DNA of 64,000 bases from positions 1-64,000 of the forward strand of contig NOWV01000015.1 of NCBI GenBank assembly GCA_003344405.1, in the 5' to 3' direction. This DNA comes from Trichoplax sp. H2. Its lineage: Eukaryota. Positions 52,296 through 64,000 of the stretch are shown here, in pieces. The position numbers were made by a program, and so were the translations under genes. Below the pieces are notes generated by a model. It was not told the DNA's origin and ran no database searches. It saw only the letters and a list, made by a program, of their open reading frames with translations. The first letter of the stretch is position 1. Every line of letters begins with the position of its first letter.

Positions 52296-53549
52296 TTAAC
52301 GAGCTTGTCTATGAAGGCATTTTATTCATCTGATTAGCTTGATTCTATAGCATTCGTCCTCATAAAATCCATTACAATTTCAAACCTGTCAGTGCAGTAC
52401 TAAGCTGATTTCATTAACCCTACAGCATAGCAATGCATTTTATCCATGACGGAATCAGTGCTTGGCTTTGTAACTTCTTCCAGAATCAATACTCTTCCAT
52501 TTACAGACTTTGACTTTCGTTTTCATCCATCTGTTGGGTGATAATCGTAAAGTCAAAGTCTGCAACTCCAACTCGAATCATTTTGACCGTAAAACGTTCC
52601 AATAGCGCTCATTTTGGACCATTATAGCCATACAAAATCCGATATTTCAGGCAGAGCTGAAACTACTGATGTATCAAAATGGCTGAGCAAAGGGATAGAA
52701 CAACTGTGACCTAGCTGTTTGGATTAATTATTAAAGAACTTGTCAATGGAGGCATTTTATTCATCTGATCAGCTTGATTCATTGCAATTCAAACCAGTCA
52801 GTGCAGTACTAAGCTGATTTCATTAACCCAACGGCATAGCAATGCATTTTTTCCATGACGGAATCAGTGCTTGGCTTTGTAACTTCTTCCAGAATCAAAA
52901 CTCTTCCCTTTGCAGACTTTGACTTTCGGTTTCATCCATCTGTTGGGTGATAATCGTCAAGTCAAAGTCTGTAACTCCAACTTGAATCGTTTTGACCATA
53001 AAACGTTCCAATACTGCTCATTTTTGGGCCATTATAGCCATACAAAATCCGATATTTCAGGTAGAGCGGATACTGCTGATGTATCAAAATGGCTGAGCAA
53101 GGGGATAGAACAACTGTGACCTAGCTGTTTGGATTAATTATTAACGAGCTTGTCAATGGAGGCATTTTATTCATCTGATCAGCTTGATTCATTGTAATTC
53201 AAACCAGTCAGTGCAGTACTAAGCTGATTTCATTAACCCAACGGCATAGCAATGCATTTTTTCCATGACGGAATCAGTGCTCTGATTTGCAACTTCTTGC
53301 AGAATCAAAACGCTTCCATTTGCAGACTTTGACTTTCGGTTTCATCCATCTGTTGGGTGATAGTCGTCAAGTCAAAGTCTGCAACTCCAAATTGAATCGT
53401 TTTGACCATAAAACCTTCTAATACTGCTCATTTGGGGCCATTATAGCCATACAAAATCCGATATTTCAGGTAGAGCGGATACTGCTGATGTATCAAAATG
53501 GCTGAGCAAGGGGATAGAACAACTGTGACCTAGCTGTTTGAATTATTAA
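52296..53549. repeat. Tandem repeat, 3 units of ~410-435 bp (starts ~52296, 52731, 53141)
   Basis: Three highly similar copies running from ttaacgagcttgtc..ggcattttattcatctg to gatagaacaactgtgacctagctgtttg. Confidence 0.95.
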
Positions 53550-54871
53550 TAGCATGATCTGAAGAATTGCAACCGATATGAATAGCTTTGCTCTTAGTGG
53601 TTTTTAAACTGGAGAAATTGGCATCGTTGCAGTTTGGCACTGACGATGCAGGTCGATATTCTACGTATCATGGCCAGTCAATGGCTGGCGGCTTCCTTTC
53701 TTCATCCATTATGACTGTCTACGTCGTACAGTATACGAGTAGCATCGATGAATAAATTCACAACAGAGCAAAGAATAATATCCCAAGCGTTGATCCATTA
53801 ACAAATTAGTTCAGCAGGTAGAATAGAGAGAATATCGAGCGACAGTAGCATTATTGATAAAGAAAGCAAAGTCGCCAGCCAATGTGCTAGTCCTTGTACG
53901 TAGAAATGGCTGACATTGGAGGAGAAATCATCATCGGCTTGGATATCCAGTTGGCGATTGATTGACGACGAAATCAGTTCCCTTCTTGGGGAAGTTCATG
54001 AGCATCTCTTGGTAAATTATTCTCATGAATTCTAGTGGAAGAGATGGTAGTCGATTTCCATGAATGAGCGTCAACAAGAAAAGGGCATAGGCCAGTTTCG
54101 ACTGGAAGGAGAGGTAAACTGTCCACTCAAGTCTACAGCATTGACCCTGGAAGCATTCCATATTTTGCCAGTTTGCTCATGCCACCTTAACACTATACTA
54201 TAAAGTTGTGGCAAGCAATGGCCAGTGTCGGAAAATTACAGTCCAGAACAAACTCTGACAACAGCCAGTACTGAAAGATTCTAAAATAAGGGATTAAACG
54301 ATTCTATGCTACTTTAAGAACCTTGAGCAATAGAAGGATCCATGACCAAGTACTATATATGGAGAGCGTAGTAGCGCAATTAGATATCATACAGCGTACA
54401 ATCTAGCGAAGCAAAACCATTGGCGCTTATAGAACAATTTGACGACGCTGGTTGATTTTGGAAATGAGCAGCTTGTAAATTCTTGCAGATGGGGTTTGAC
54501 TTCTGCTGGACCATAAGCTAATCATTTGCACCGTACTGTGGCCAAAGTGGTCACAATAATATCATAAGCAAGATAGCTTAATGATAAATAGTGGTCCTCA
54601 TTAGATAAGGTTAAGGCCATCGTATAAAAAGGCTGGAGTTATTAGCGAAGTTGTCGTTGGACTCATTTTCGATCTGAGGACAAGGGCGACCATATCCAAA
54701 CTGCTACATCTATTTCATCTTTTGGTGGCGTTTTGAATGATTCATCTACTTGACTACAGCCTCGATAGGAATTAGAAAGCTTGACTGTCGTAGTCGATAA
54801 TTAAAAGGAAAGTTTAACTCCATTCTTACCCTATCCATCCCTACACGCTATTGCTGTGCTGGATGATCGAA

Positions 54872-55564
54872 ATGAGCTACGATGACGGAGTCAGTCAAGC
54901 CGAGTATTGCCAACTCATTCAAAAACTAAAAGAAATTCAAGCCAATAAAGAAGAACTTACACGCAATCTACAGGATATAGAATATCAAATTTATTGTCGG
55001 GAACGAAAATTATTCCAAACCAGTCGAAAATTTGGCAATGTAGCCACCGGATTGAAAGTCCAAGCCATTTTCAACGACAGCAGTCAACATGAAAGCGACA
55101 AGAGTTCAATGTGTAGTACAGATTGCTGCAAATATGGTCGTCAACGCGCTGAACGCAGTCACAGTAGCCTTGATGCTGGCGACGATTGCATGAACTTGAG
55201 TCGTAATAGTCCTGGACAAGAAGGAGCGATGAAAGACGAATTTATTTTCTCCTTGTCGTCCATGACCTCGCCAATCTATCAAGATTACTATGCCCATCAA
55301 GATGATGACTCTCACGACATGGACAATTCATCGTGTTCAGACCAGCACCATAGGACGAATAGCGGTTCGCAGTTATCTCCTCCATTCCATGCTCAAAAGA
55401 AAAGATGGCAAGGTCGTACGAGTTATGATCAAGTACAGGACTTGAGCGAGACGATGAGTAGCCATTCTTCGTCAGTACCATTCAATGATGGCCCCGACAC
55501 GCTGCAAAGGAATAATCGACATGGCAATGACCATCGAACGTCGCAGGAAAGCCCACAAGCTTAG
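54872..55564 (+). CDS. Eaf6/MEAF6-like (NuA4 subunit domain) protein, divergent, single coding exon, ~230 aa
   Basis: KLKEIQANKEELTRNLQDIEYQIYCRERKLFQTSRKFGNVATG plus the later EFIFSLSSMTSP match the Eaf6 pattern (L..LE.QIY..E..Y......GN...G ... R.FS.SS.TS). The C-terminal tail is low-complexity. The start is the ATG at 54872 or 54863. Confidence 0.7.
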   Translation: MSYDDGVSQAEYCQLIQKLKEIQANKEELTRNLQDIEYQIYCRERKLFQTSRKFGNVATGLKVQAIFNDSSQHESDKSSMCSTDCCKYGRQRAERSHSSLDAGDDCMNLSRNSPGQEGAMKDEFIFSLSSMTSPIYQDYYAHQDDDSHDMDNSSCSDQHHRTNSGSQLSPPFHAQKKRWQGRTSYDQVQDLSETMSSHSSSVPFNDGPDTLQRNNRHGNDHRTSQESPQA

Positions 55565-58500
55565 TCCATAAATGGTAGCGAATTTGATCAAGCAAGCTTA
55601 TCGCTCGCAGAATCATGATGGTCATTTTCTACCTTTGGAATGGATCACGTCGATCAATGCAAAGGTCATAAATTCTAATAATAAGAACGAGTGCAACACT
55701 AATCCAAGCTGTTAATTCAATTTTGTTCTGTTGTATGTCTAAATTAGAAAATGTGATTTACTGGAAGCAATACTCTTACCAATGCAATGATGCAATTACT
55801 TATCGTTTCGATTCGTGAACGTAACTCTTTGAACAGGTGGACTCCATTTTTAGGGTATCAGTCTCCACCTTGATTGACTTCACTGCTAGAATGATAGAAA
55901 TGGGATCGGAATTGCAATTTGCTTGGCACATTAGTATGAATAAGTTGTAGGGAAGTATTGAATTCTAGAGAATCAATAAAACTTTGATGTAAAAATAGAG
56001 TAACCGATTGTTCTCCACCTTACTCGAGTTTACGTTCAAAGGGATCATTTGTACATTTTTGTAGTATTCATTCAGCCCAAAGGCTGTCATAATCACCAAG
56101 TGTTTTCTTGCTACTTTCTAGATAATTGAAAACTATTCTTGCCATGCTAATAATTGTTGTTATTTTGTAAACTCTAAGTATGATGAATTATTATGAAGCA
56201 AGGATGATTGATTGCACATTACTGCAATATTGATCCATTTGTCACTGCACTACCAACCTACAGTACAGTGTATGTGTTGGTTGCATTCCTTTAAGTTAAT
56301 ATGAGATGGCTAATTGGAATCATTGACAAATAAATATTTTTTGTGCTTTACAGTACGTTCTATTTCAATGATTAGCATGTTCTCTAATGGTCATGCACTA
56401 CAGGTAGAATGGCTAATTCAATTTTGCATGCGGATTATCGACAGTAGCAAGCCGTCTATTTTTGATGACCGAACTTGGACAGTTGTTGTAAAGAGGGAAG
56501 TAAAACGATAGAATATGACTCTATCATGGGTGATGGATAAGCAGTCATTAGCATCCTGGTGCAATGACTATCACTCTTTTACAGCTTCCTTCTTATTCAC
56601 TCCGAATCCGACAACAGTTCGTCTTGCCCAATCCGAATTCCAAAACACCAGTTTTTAACATCCAATCCATGCCGAATCCACAAAATACAATTTTCTAAAA
56701 TCCGACGAGCTATCATCTTGTACTGTATTGGGAAATGGATCCACTGCTGGTATGGTGCATCTTGAGGTTGGCCCGTGATACTTTGCATAAAATGCAGCTC
56801 GCACGTTGCTCAACATGGATTAAAAATTTTACTGTACATACTTCAGTAGAGATCAGGAGAACGGGCAAAGCAAAAGAAACATAGTAGAGCAACGCAATGA
56901 TGCAGCAGAGTAATCAAATGATTCTTTTACATCATAGCAGCTTCATACTATACAGACATTTCAATTTTCTCAATTGCTTAGTAAGGAATGATGAGGTGAA
57001 AATGTTACAGCTCAATATACCCGTATATTGACAGAATAGGTAAAGTAATACCACTGTCAAATAAGCTCACAAGGTATAAAATCTTATAAATTGCTTGGAT
57101 AAAAGTCAGGCAGATATGCACATTACACATGGACAGTTTAAATCTACCGTTAATAACTGCTTTTTTTCCCCTACACAATTGGTTATAACCTCAGCAATTT
57201 GTTAAGAATGACTAGAAGTTAATACGGTCGTTTCATTTGCATCCATAATACATGGTAATTGAACACTTGCACTGATAATTATTATTAATACTATAATTAA
57301 AGATCTTTTCACGTAACAAAATAATACTTTTCTCAAGAAAAAAAAGTGACAATAAGTAATATCAAGCTAAATGCCTGATCTGTACATGAATATGCGTATT
57401 AAGATAGAATTCCAAAGTCATCTGCAAGAAGCTGTTGATTTACAGCAAGATAGCGATGACGATAGCCTATATCGCATCCGAAAATTGAGTATACAAACCT
57501 ACTTTAGAGGTCAGTTGAAACTTTTTACTAATATGACTAATTGCAAGCTTAGTGAAATAAATAAATTAAAATATATTTGATAAACTACCTCTTTTCCTGG
57601 TATTATTGCTTAAGCAGTTATGACAGAACTACAGTACATATTTTAATGCGATTTTTAATCAATCATAGATCACCACATCATTGTATGACTCAGTCTATAG
57701 GTAATAATATTAAGCGATAGGAGATATTAAAGTGGTTCTATTGAAAAATAGGATGCTGTGATTAAATGACTTAAAATATCAAAATCGAACAAAATTAGCA
57801 ATACCGAAGCTACATAAATAAACATTAACAGCAACCAGTACATGATGGGAGTAAATGCTTTTAAATGCATTTTAATATCGTATCTCTATTTGCAATGATT
57901 GCGAGTTCTTGGAAATTTTATTTGTATGCCTTTTTATGATTGGACTGGCTACAGTTGTTTACTATTTACTATTGCGACCTGTTACTGTTGATATTGAAAG
58001 ACTGTGATATAAGTAAACTTGATCAAGTTTTTTACTTTAAAATTTTTGGTTTATTTAAACTGACCTTACATCGATCTTGAGCAGTTTAAAAGAACTCATT
58101 TTGCTTTAGCATTTCCCAACAAAACCGAATTTAGATTCATTTTTTTCCATTAGGATACTTATAAACCTCTTGGGGATCATCAAAATCTAAATCTAGCATA
58201 TCTGTAATAGGCGGTTACTGACATATATATGATCATGCAGAAATTCACTACGAACTATTAAATTTCTTATTTCTGATTTTTATGTGTACATGCTGGGCTA
58301 AAGGTACATAGATTCCCAGAAATTCTACTAGAATATTGTTTATCATACATATTACGTAATATCTTGTCATACATAATTTATAGATTCTACTGCCCTTCGC
58401 ACTTATAAACACTCTTCTCTTATTTACGTACATAAACGTGTCCGAGTAAGTCATAACATTATCATATGACTACCATGAGATGTTAATATCCTTTACAAGT

Positions 58501-59532
58501 AGCTTATAATTATACTTTTAATATAGTATACTGTAATAAACAGCATGACACTAGATAACTTTTATTTTTACACTTATAGCTGAAACTTAAACAATGATTC
58601 AATTGAACGAAACAGCATGCACAAAGAGGAAAATTTTGATCAATTTTCTTGTTTAACTTAGACTTAGTATTGATATACAGAGTTATCTCATTATCTATCT
58701 GCATAGAATCCACGTACGGTAAAATTGATGATAATTAGCTTACCTCCGCTTTATTTACTTATTTCATCTTTTTTGATGAAACCTTACATTTTTACTTTCT
58801 CTTAATTTCGACAAATTCTTAGTAAATAATAATGATGTCGATTCCATGCTGTAACTAAGCCAGAATTTTCTGTTTGGTATCGTAAGACTTTGAACTTGGT
58901 TACAACATTCAATAGAAGCAGAATCTTTTATTTCAAATCTCGGCTATATACTAAAATATTAGAAATAAGAAATACTACAATTGCAGCATTTCCTTTTTTA
59001 TTGCGTGAATGTGGACATATAATTTTCTATTTACATAAATATTGAATGAATGCAAATGTAGTATTCAATATTTATTGAGACAATGAAGCTCATAGTATTG
59101 TAGAAGCTGTAAATATTTATAGAGATTTATCATAACTTCACAAAAAGTAAAATATTAAAATTGTTACTTATTGAAGATGACTAATGGCATGTATATACTT
59201 GCCATGCTAATATATCTCTTAAGATTAGCATCAGCGATTAGCCAATATCTAATATTTCGCTTCTATTTTCCAGTAAGAATTTCTTTAGGTTGCCGGTTGC
59301 GAACCTGGATCTAATGCTCAGTAAATAAGGTATTATTTCGAATTGAATAGAATTTGACTTAGGAGCCACTGATAATAACCAGGAAAGAGGCTAGATATGC
59401 TATTTACATAGGATGGTATGGCTAGTTTGACGTAAATTAGAGTTAATGCATATTTCCTGAAGTGTTTAACATTTTTATTTATTTTAGTTAGAAATGCAGG
59501 TATACCAGTAGTTCCCATCAACACGTATAATA

Positions 59533-61677
59533 TTAAGATGATGCACTTGGATCAGTTAAAGCACACATATCATCATTATACTCCTTTAACGCTGCCTTTC
59601 TTGCAGCTCGCTTTTTGTCATCTAAAATACTGAAGTAATTATAAAGTAATACGCATGGAACGATAACCAAAACGCTAGCAATAATAAATCCCGTAGATAA
59701 CGTGAAATGAGGATACCAATGAATACCATTCTTAGAAGAAAATAAAGTCCAAAAGAAGGCAACCAAAGGAGTTACTAGTGCCTGAATGATTACTAAGTAA
59801 TTAGCTCCATCTGTGTAACGAATCAGTAGTAACGAAAAAAGCTGAGCTCCAGTAAAAAGTAATATAAATGCAGACGATGCACCAGCAGCCCAAGGATAAT
59901 GAATGTTAGAATTACCCGTATATTGAGCCATGAATCCGCAGTACATGCCGCCTTGAAATTGTTTGAAAGATTTAGCCTAGAAAAAATATAGATATATATA
60001 GCAATTACATTCTTAAGTCAAATTCAAAATCAGTAGTGATCGAAACAGACAATTTATAATGATTCGGGCTGAAATTTTCTAGTAAAAGATAATCCTTAAG
60101 TCAAATTCAAAATCTATAATGATCAGAATAGACAATTTATAATGATTCGGGCCGAAATTTTTTAGTAAAAGATAACTCTTACGTCAAATTCAAAATCAAT
60201 AGCGATCAGAATAGACAATTTATAATGATTTGGAGTGAAATTTTCTATTAAAAGATAATGTAAACTTCAAAATGTCTGAAAATTTCCACTTGTAATTATG
60301 TCATTAGCTAACCTCTGCTGATGGTTGCTATAAAATTGCAGAATCATGTTGAATACAATAGCATCTGTACATTACAGGTACTACTACTTACTATTACTTG
60401 CTACATGATGCTATGATGTTGTTTTTACTGGTAATGTCTCGATACCTTTGGTAACTAATACTATATAGAAGCTAATCAGTTAATTCTATTGAAAAAGTAG
60501 AATCATGTCTAAAGCTAGTCGCTTCCAAAAGTATAGTCGTAACAGCTAGAAAAAAGGAACTTTTTACAGTTTCATTCATTCATGTAGTACTCCAATATTG
60601 CATATGAGTTAAATGATAAAGTGCTGTAGAATATTTTAAATTGCTTGTAAATTTTGCAAGTAAAACGTTATAAGTAATGGATTAATGGTGATGAGACTGA
60701 GATTGAAGATGTATTTATCAATACAATTCACATCGTCTTTCCTAATTTACCGTTCCAAAACCGGGTATAAACTCAGCCCAGAAAAATAGTCCAACGAAAA
60801 TAAGTTTGTATGTTTGAATCCATGCCATAAAAACAAGAGCTTCCTCCTATTGACATAAAGTGTCATTAACAGGATATACGGAGGTATCATTTACTTACAA
60901 GAAACGATAACTAGTGGAGTAACAAAGTTGTTATATGCGTGTAACTGCTTTAGCACTATTATTATTAAAAAATCAAATAACCTTTGCATCTTTCTTAATA
61001 TATCTTTCCTGCAAGACATTTGATAAACTACTTGGCAGATAGGCCAATCCAAAAACGAGCGGCCAAATTACTGAGGCAATACCCTTTTTTCGATATTGAC
61101 CATTTATATCGAAAATAATCGGTTCGAAAGAAATAAACAATCCGATCAATGTGCCACATGTACATATTAGGCGGCCAAGACTGGGACGTTTGTGTAATAT
61201 CATGTAACTCAATAGAACCGTGTAAGGAATTCGTAATGTCCTTAGTATAGCCTGCAAGCTTGGTAAAGTTCTGCTCGGAGGGCTAGCATAAACCACCATA
61301 AAAGCATTGAGAGTATCTAAGAGACCTAACAGTACAAAGATCTTATGTGATGTATAAGATTTGATGGTAAACAATGGATTGGCTAATTTAGCTATAATAG
61401 CGCATAACCATAATATAACTGGAAACCAAAAGTCGCAAGAAACAAGCGTAAAATATTGATTGCTAGGGCAATTATTTGATAAAAGAATTTGTGAAAGTAC
61501 GGGTAAGGCAACATTCGCACCACATAGGCATATAATACAAATGATAGCAATTATAATTCTGGTCGCTCGTAGTGAGCAATAAATATTGCCTACTGGTAAT
61601 GCTATGCCGTTGTTGTTCGGAGAATGATTATTGCCAGTGATTACAACAACATCGATTAAATCTTCGTTTTCTTCCAT
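59533..61677 (-). CDS. CRT-like (chloroquine-resistance-transporter-like, DMT superfamily) membrane transporter 1, 3 exons, ~411 aa
   Basis: Exons 61677-60982, 60846-60751 and 59976-59533, all phase 0. Multi-pass hydrophobic profile with motifs VVYASPPSRTLPSLQAIL, IPYTVLLSYMILHK, NVLQE, FWAEFIPGFG, LLIRYTDGANYLVIIQALVTPL.AFFWTLF. Confidence 0.8.
60008..60260. repeat. Intronic tandem repeat, 3 x ~84 bp
   Basis: cttaagtcaaattcaaaatc...gatc.gaa.agacaatttataatgatt.gg..gaaatttt.ta.taaaagataa is repeated three times. Confidence 0.9.
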
Positions 61678-61949
61678 TGTGGTGCATGCGAATTATGTGT
61701 TACAGTTCAATAAAAGAACTTAATGTTTGTAGATAGGGTAGTTTGGTATCAATCAGGATTTTTATAGAGTAGTACTTTGCCTATAACGGTATGAAATGAT
61801 GCCTATAGCAAGGCTTCCATAAAAGATTTACTTTAGCCGGTTATTCTGTATAATCACCGGGATTCGTTCTTTCGCCGTATAACTATTTAGGATAAAGGGA
61901 TTGAAGTGATGACTTCTAATTTACTTTCGCTAGCATGGTACATAACCAT

Positions 61950-62760
61950 ACCATACCATATCATACAATAAGTGGTCAAAGAAATTGACTAATCCTATTC
62001 CGAGACGATTGCTATTTCCTCCATCATAACGTGAGGTAAGATTGATTGGTAAGGTAAGTTAGCCTACCGTGCTCGGCTTTCATCGAGCAAACCATGTAGG
62101 CACTTGTTGATATGGAGAGTGGCATGCCCCATCGTTACTACGATACGCTATCTACGGTGGCTCAGAACGGGGCCAGGCCAGGTGACCCGACCAACATGTC
62201 ACCGTGATGTAGGTGACGTTATCGAATCGCGAGCGAACAGACAGCTGACGGCAAGTAGGCGAGAAGCTGACGACAGCAACCTGACCAAGCCCTAAGATAG
62301 TAGTGAGCTGACTAAAATAGTGTCGCTGTCGTCGTCACGTCCGTCCCTAGCCTGTCGTTCTGGGCCGCAGTACAGTCTGTTCTAGAGTCTATAGTACTGT
62401 AGAAAACGCGAAAGACAGCCTTGGTCCTGGTCTCGACGAGTCGTATACAGTACGTACAGTACAGTAGATCATAACGGTTTGAACTGATGGATCGATGGAT
62501 CTGATAGACCCTTTCTCAGGTCAAGAGTGGACGACCGAGCACTACAGTACAGTACTCGAATACGGTACTGTACAGTATGTACTGTACACTGTACACTGTA
62601 CAGTACTACAGTACACGTCAGTACAGTAAAGGACGAATCGTGTGAGAGGGTGACGTCGAGTGACCATCACGAGTTCTAGCGCATGACACAGCGGTCCAAC
62701 GAGTGTCCTGAATAACGTGCGGATGTCAGTACTCATGCCTACCGGATTGTTATCTAATGA
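61950..62760. promoter_or_regulatory. GC/CpG-enriched island between divergent transporter genes; probable bidirectional promoter / 5' UTR region
   Basis: Markedly higher GC and CpG content than the surroundings, with tacag/ctgta simple repeats, between two head-to-head ATGs (61677 on -, 63110 on +). Confidence 0.45.
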
Positions 62761-63109
62761 CGTTATCTTCTATAACGATGAAATCGATTCTTTACTAGTG
62801 AATACGATCTAGAGGAAAGGGCAAAGATTAGAAGAAATTCTCGCCATTCGTCAACGTAATAAAGCAAAAACCACCTGAAAGTTTAGCCGTCGACGTACAG
62901 TAGATTGATTCTGGTGGAAAATTACGATTACTGCCTCGTTGAAGCATCTTTTCTTGGCTGTTACGAAAGTCATAGTTTATATAAGCCATCAGTCAAATTG
63001 TTGGATGGTGACCAATCTTTCAACGCTACAATTATTGGTATTAAAAGGCTAGTGAAGGAAAAGACATAGCTGATTTTGGAAGAGAATTACATTATACTAC
63101 TAAGACATC

Positions 63110-64000
63110 ATGATGGAATCGAATGAATCAACTCCTTTAATAAATGGCTCAACCAATCATAACCATGGAGATGGGATTGATATCGTTAACAATAGTAAAG
63201 AGGATGTACCTAGTTTAGATACAGTTACTATACCCATATGTAATGTGGTCATCACTCGATCCACTGCAAGTATATTCATAGCTGTCATTAATGTTCTTAG
63301 CCAAGTTGGAATGAATATTAGTTTACCTACTCTTTCCAAAACGATCGAATCTGGTCACTGTCATAGTAATCAGTTTTTTGTCCTATTTTATTCTGGTTTG
63401 TGGTTCCCCATTCTTTTTTGGGCCGCTGTTGTGATCGTCAAACTATGCCGTCCAACTTTTAACGTCAGGACTTACACTTCTCACAAATATTTAATTCTTT
63501 TGGGAGCATTAAACGCTGTCAATGGATTATTGGTGGTATATGCTAGTCCACCCAGTAGAACATCGCCCAGTTTACAAGCTATTCTAAGCACAACTATAAT
63601 CCCTTACACAGTTGTCTTGCGTTATATCATTTTAAGAAAAGGTGTTAGCTACGGCCGATTGATATGCACCGTTGGTACCCTAATTGGGCTGTTTATCTCC
63701 TTGGAGCCAAACATCTTTAATATTAATCAAAAACAAAGTAGTGGATCGGCCTCAGCTATATGGCCTTTCGTGTTCGCACTAGGATTTTTGCCAGTTGGTG
63801 TTGCAAATGTACTACAAGAACGAGAGATCATGAAAGATAATAGGGTTAGCTGCAAACTTGATATTATACCAAAGAGTCATTTTATCGATAGTGTTACAGA
63901 CAATCTACCAAGTATTAGTAATTATGCTAAGATAGATAGCTTAAAAATGCACCATTTTCCCTTAAATTTCATACTCATTGTAGGAAGAATCATTGGTATT
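63110..64000 (+). CDS. CRT-like transporter 2, partial (runs off the window); exons 63110-63844 and 63984->64000
   Basis: Absent from the ORF track because the frame stays open to the window end. Reads MMESNESTPLING...NQFFVLFYSGLWFPILFW...YTSHKYLILLGALNAVNGLLVVYASPPSRTSPSLQAILSTTIIPYTVVLRYIILRK...NVLQEREIMKDNR, then a GTTAGC donor. The next exon starts EESLV. The intron position is the same as in transporter 1. Confidence 0.85.
   Translation, partial: MMESNESTPLINGSTNHNHGDGIDIVNNSKEDVPSLDTVTIPICNVVITRSTASIFIAVINVLSQVGMNISLPTLSKTIESGHCHSNQFFVLFYSGLWFPILFWAAVVIVKLCRPTFNVRTYTSHKYLILLGALNAVNGLLVVYASPPSRTSPSLQAILSTTIIPYTVVLRYIILRKGVSYGRLICTVGTLIGLFISLEPNIFNINQKQSSGSASAIWPFVFALGFLPVGVANVLQEREIMKDNRVSCKLDIIPKSHFIDSVTDNLPSISNYAKIDSLKMHHFPLNFILIVGRIIGI

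Noticed and set aside
56314-57580. Short ORFs of 63-69 aa
   Set aside because: No recognisable motifs or convincing splice structure.
62104-62736. Short ORFs in the GC-rich island
   Set aside because: Simple-repeat-derived, with no protein features; better explained as promoter/UTR sequence.

Overview
AT-rich, intron-containing eukaryotic (animal) genomic DNA with compact genes and three 20-N assembly gaps. Low GC, short GT-AG introns and the gene content suggest a non-bilaterian invertebrate such as a placozoan, but that is inference. I reconstructed exons by hand from splice signals and reading frame. About 45 kb (7.3-51.9 kb) is a death-fold signalling cluster. It holds three paralogous Roc-COR GTPase genes with no kinase and no LRR/ankyrin region, each with a different N-terminus: A = CARD-linker-CARD-Roc-COR-DD, B = DD-DD-Roc-COR-DD, C = amphipathic helix-Roc-COR-DD. 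It also holds two GTPase-less adaptors (D = CARD-CARD-DD, E = CARD-DD) and relic death-domain exons. Nearly all modules are symmetrical phase-1 exons, including a ~2.1-kb single-exon Roc-COR cassette and an array of twelve 48-54-nt micro-exons, which points to active exon shuffling. Flanking the cluster are a secreted fibrinogen-related-like gene within a local segmental duplication, a divergent Eaf6/MEAF6-like gene, and a head-to-head pair of CRT-like transporter genes. Uncollapsed allelic overlaps at the gaps expose a polymorphic 356-bp solo LTR (5-bp target-site duplication) and a polymorphic hairpin insertion. Domain calls are by motif recognition only, and the gene models need RNA-seq confirmation.
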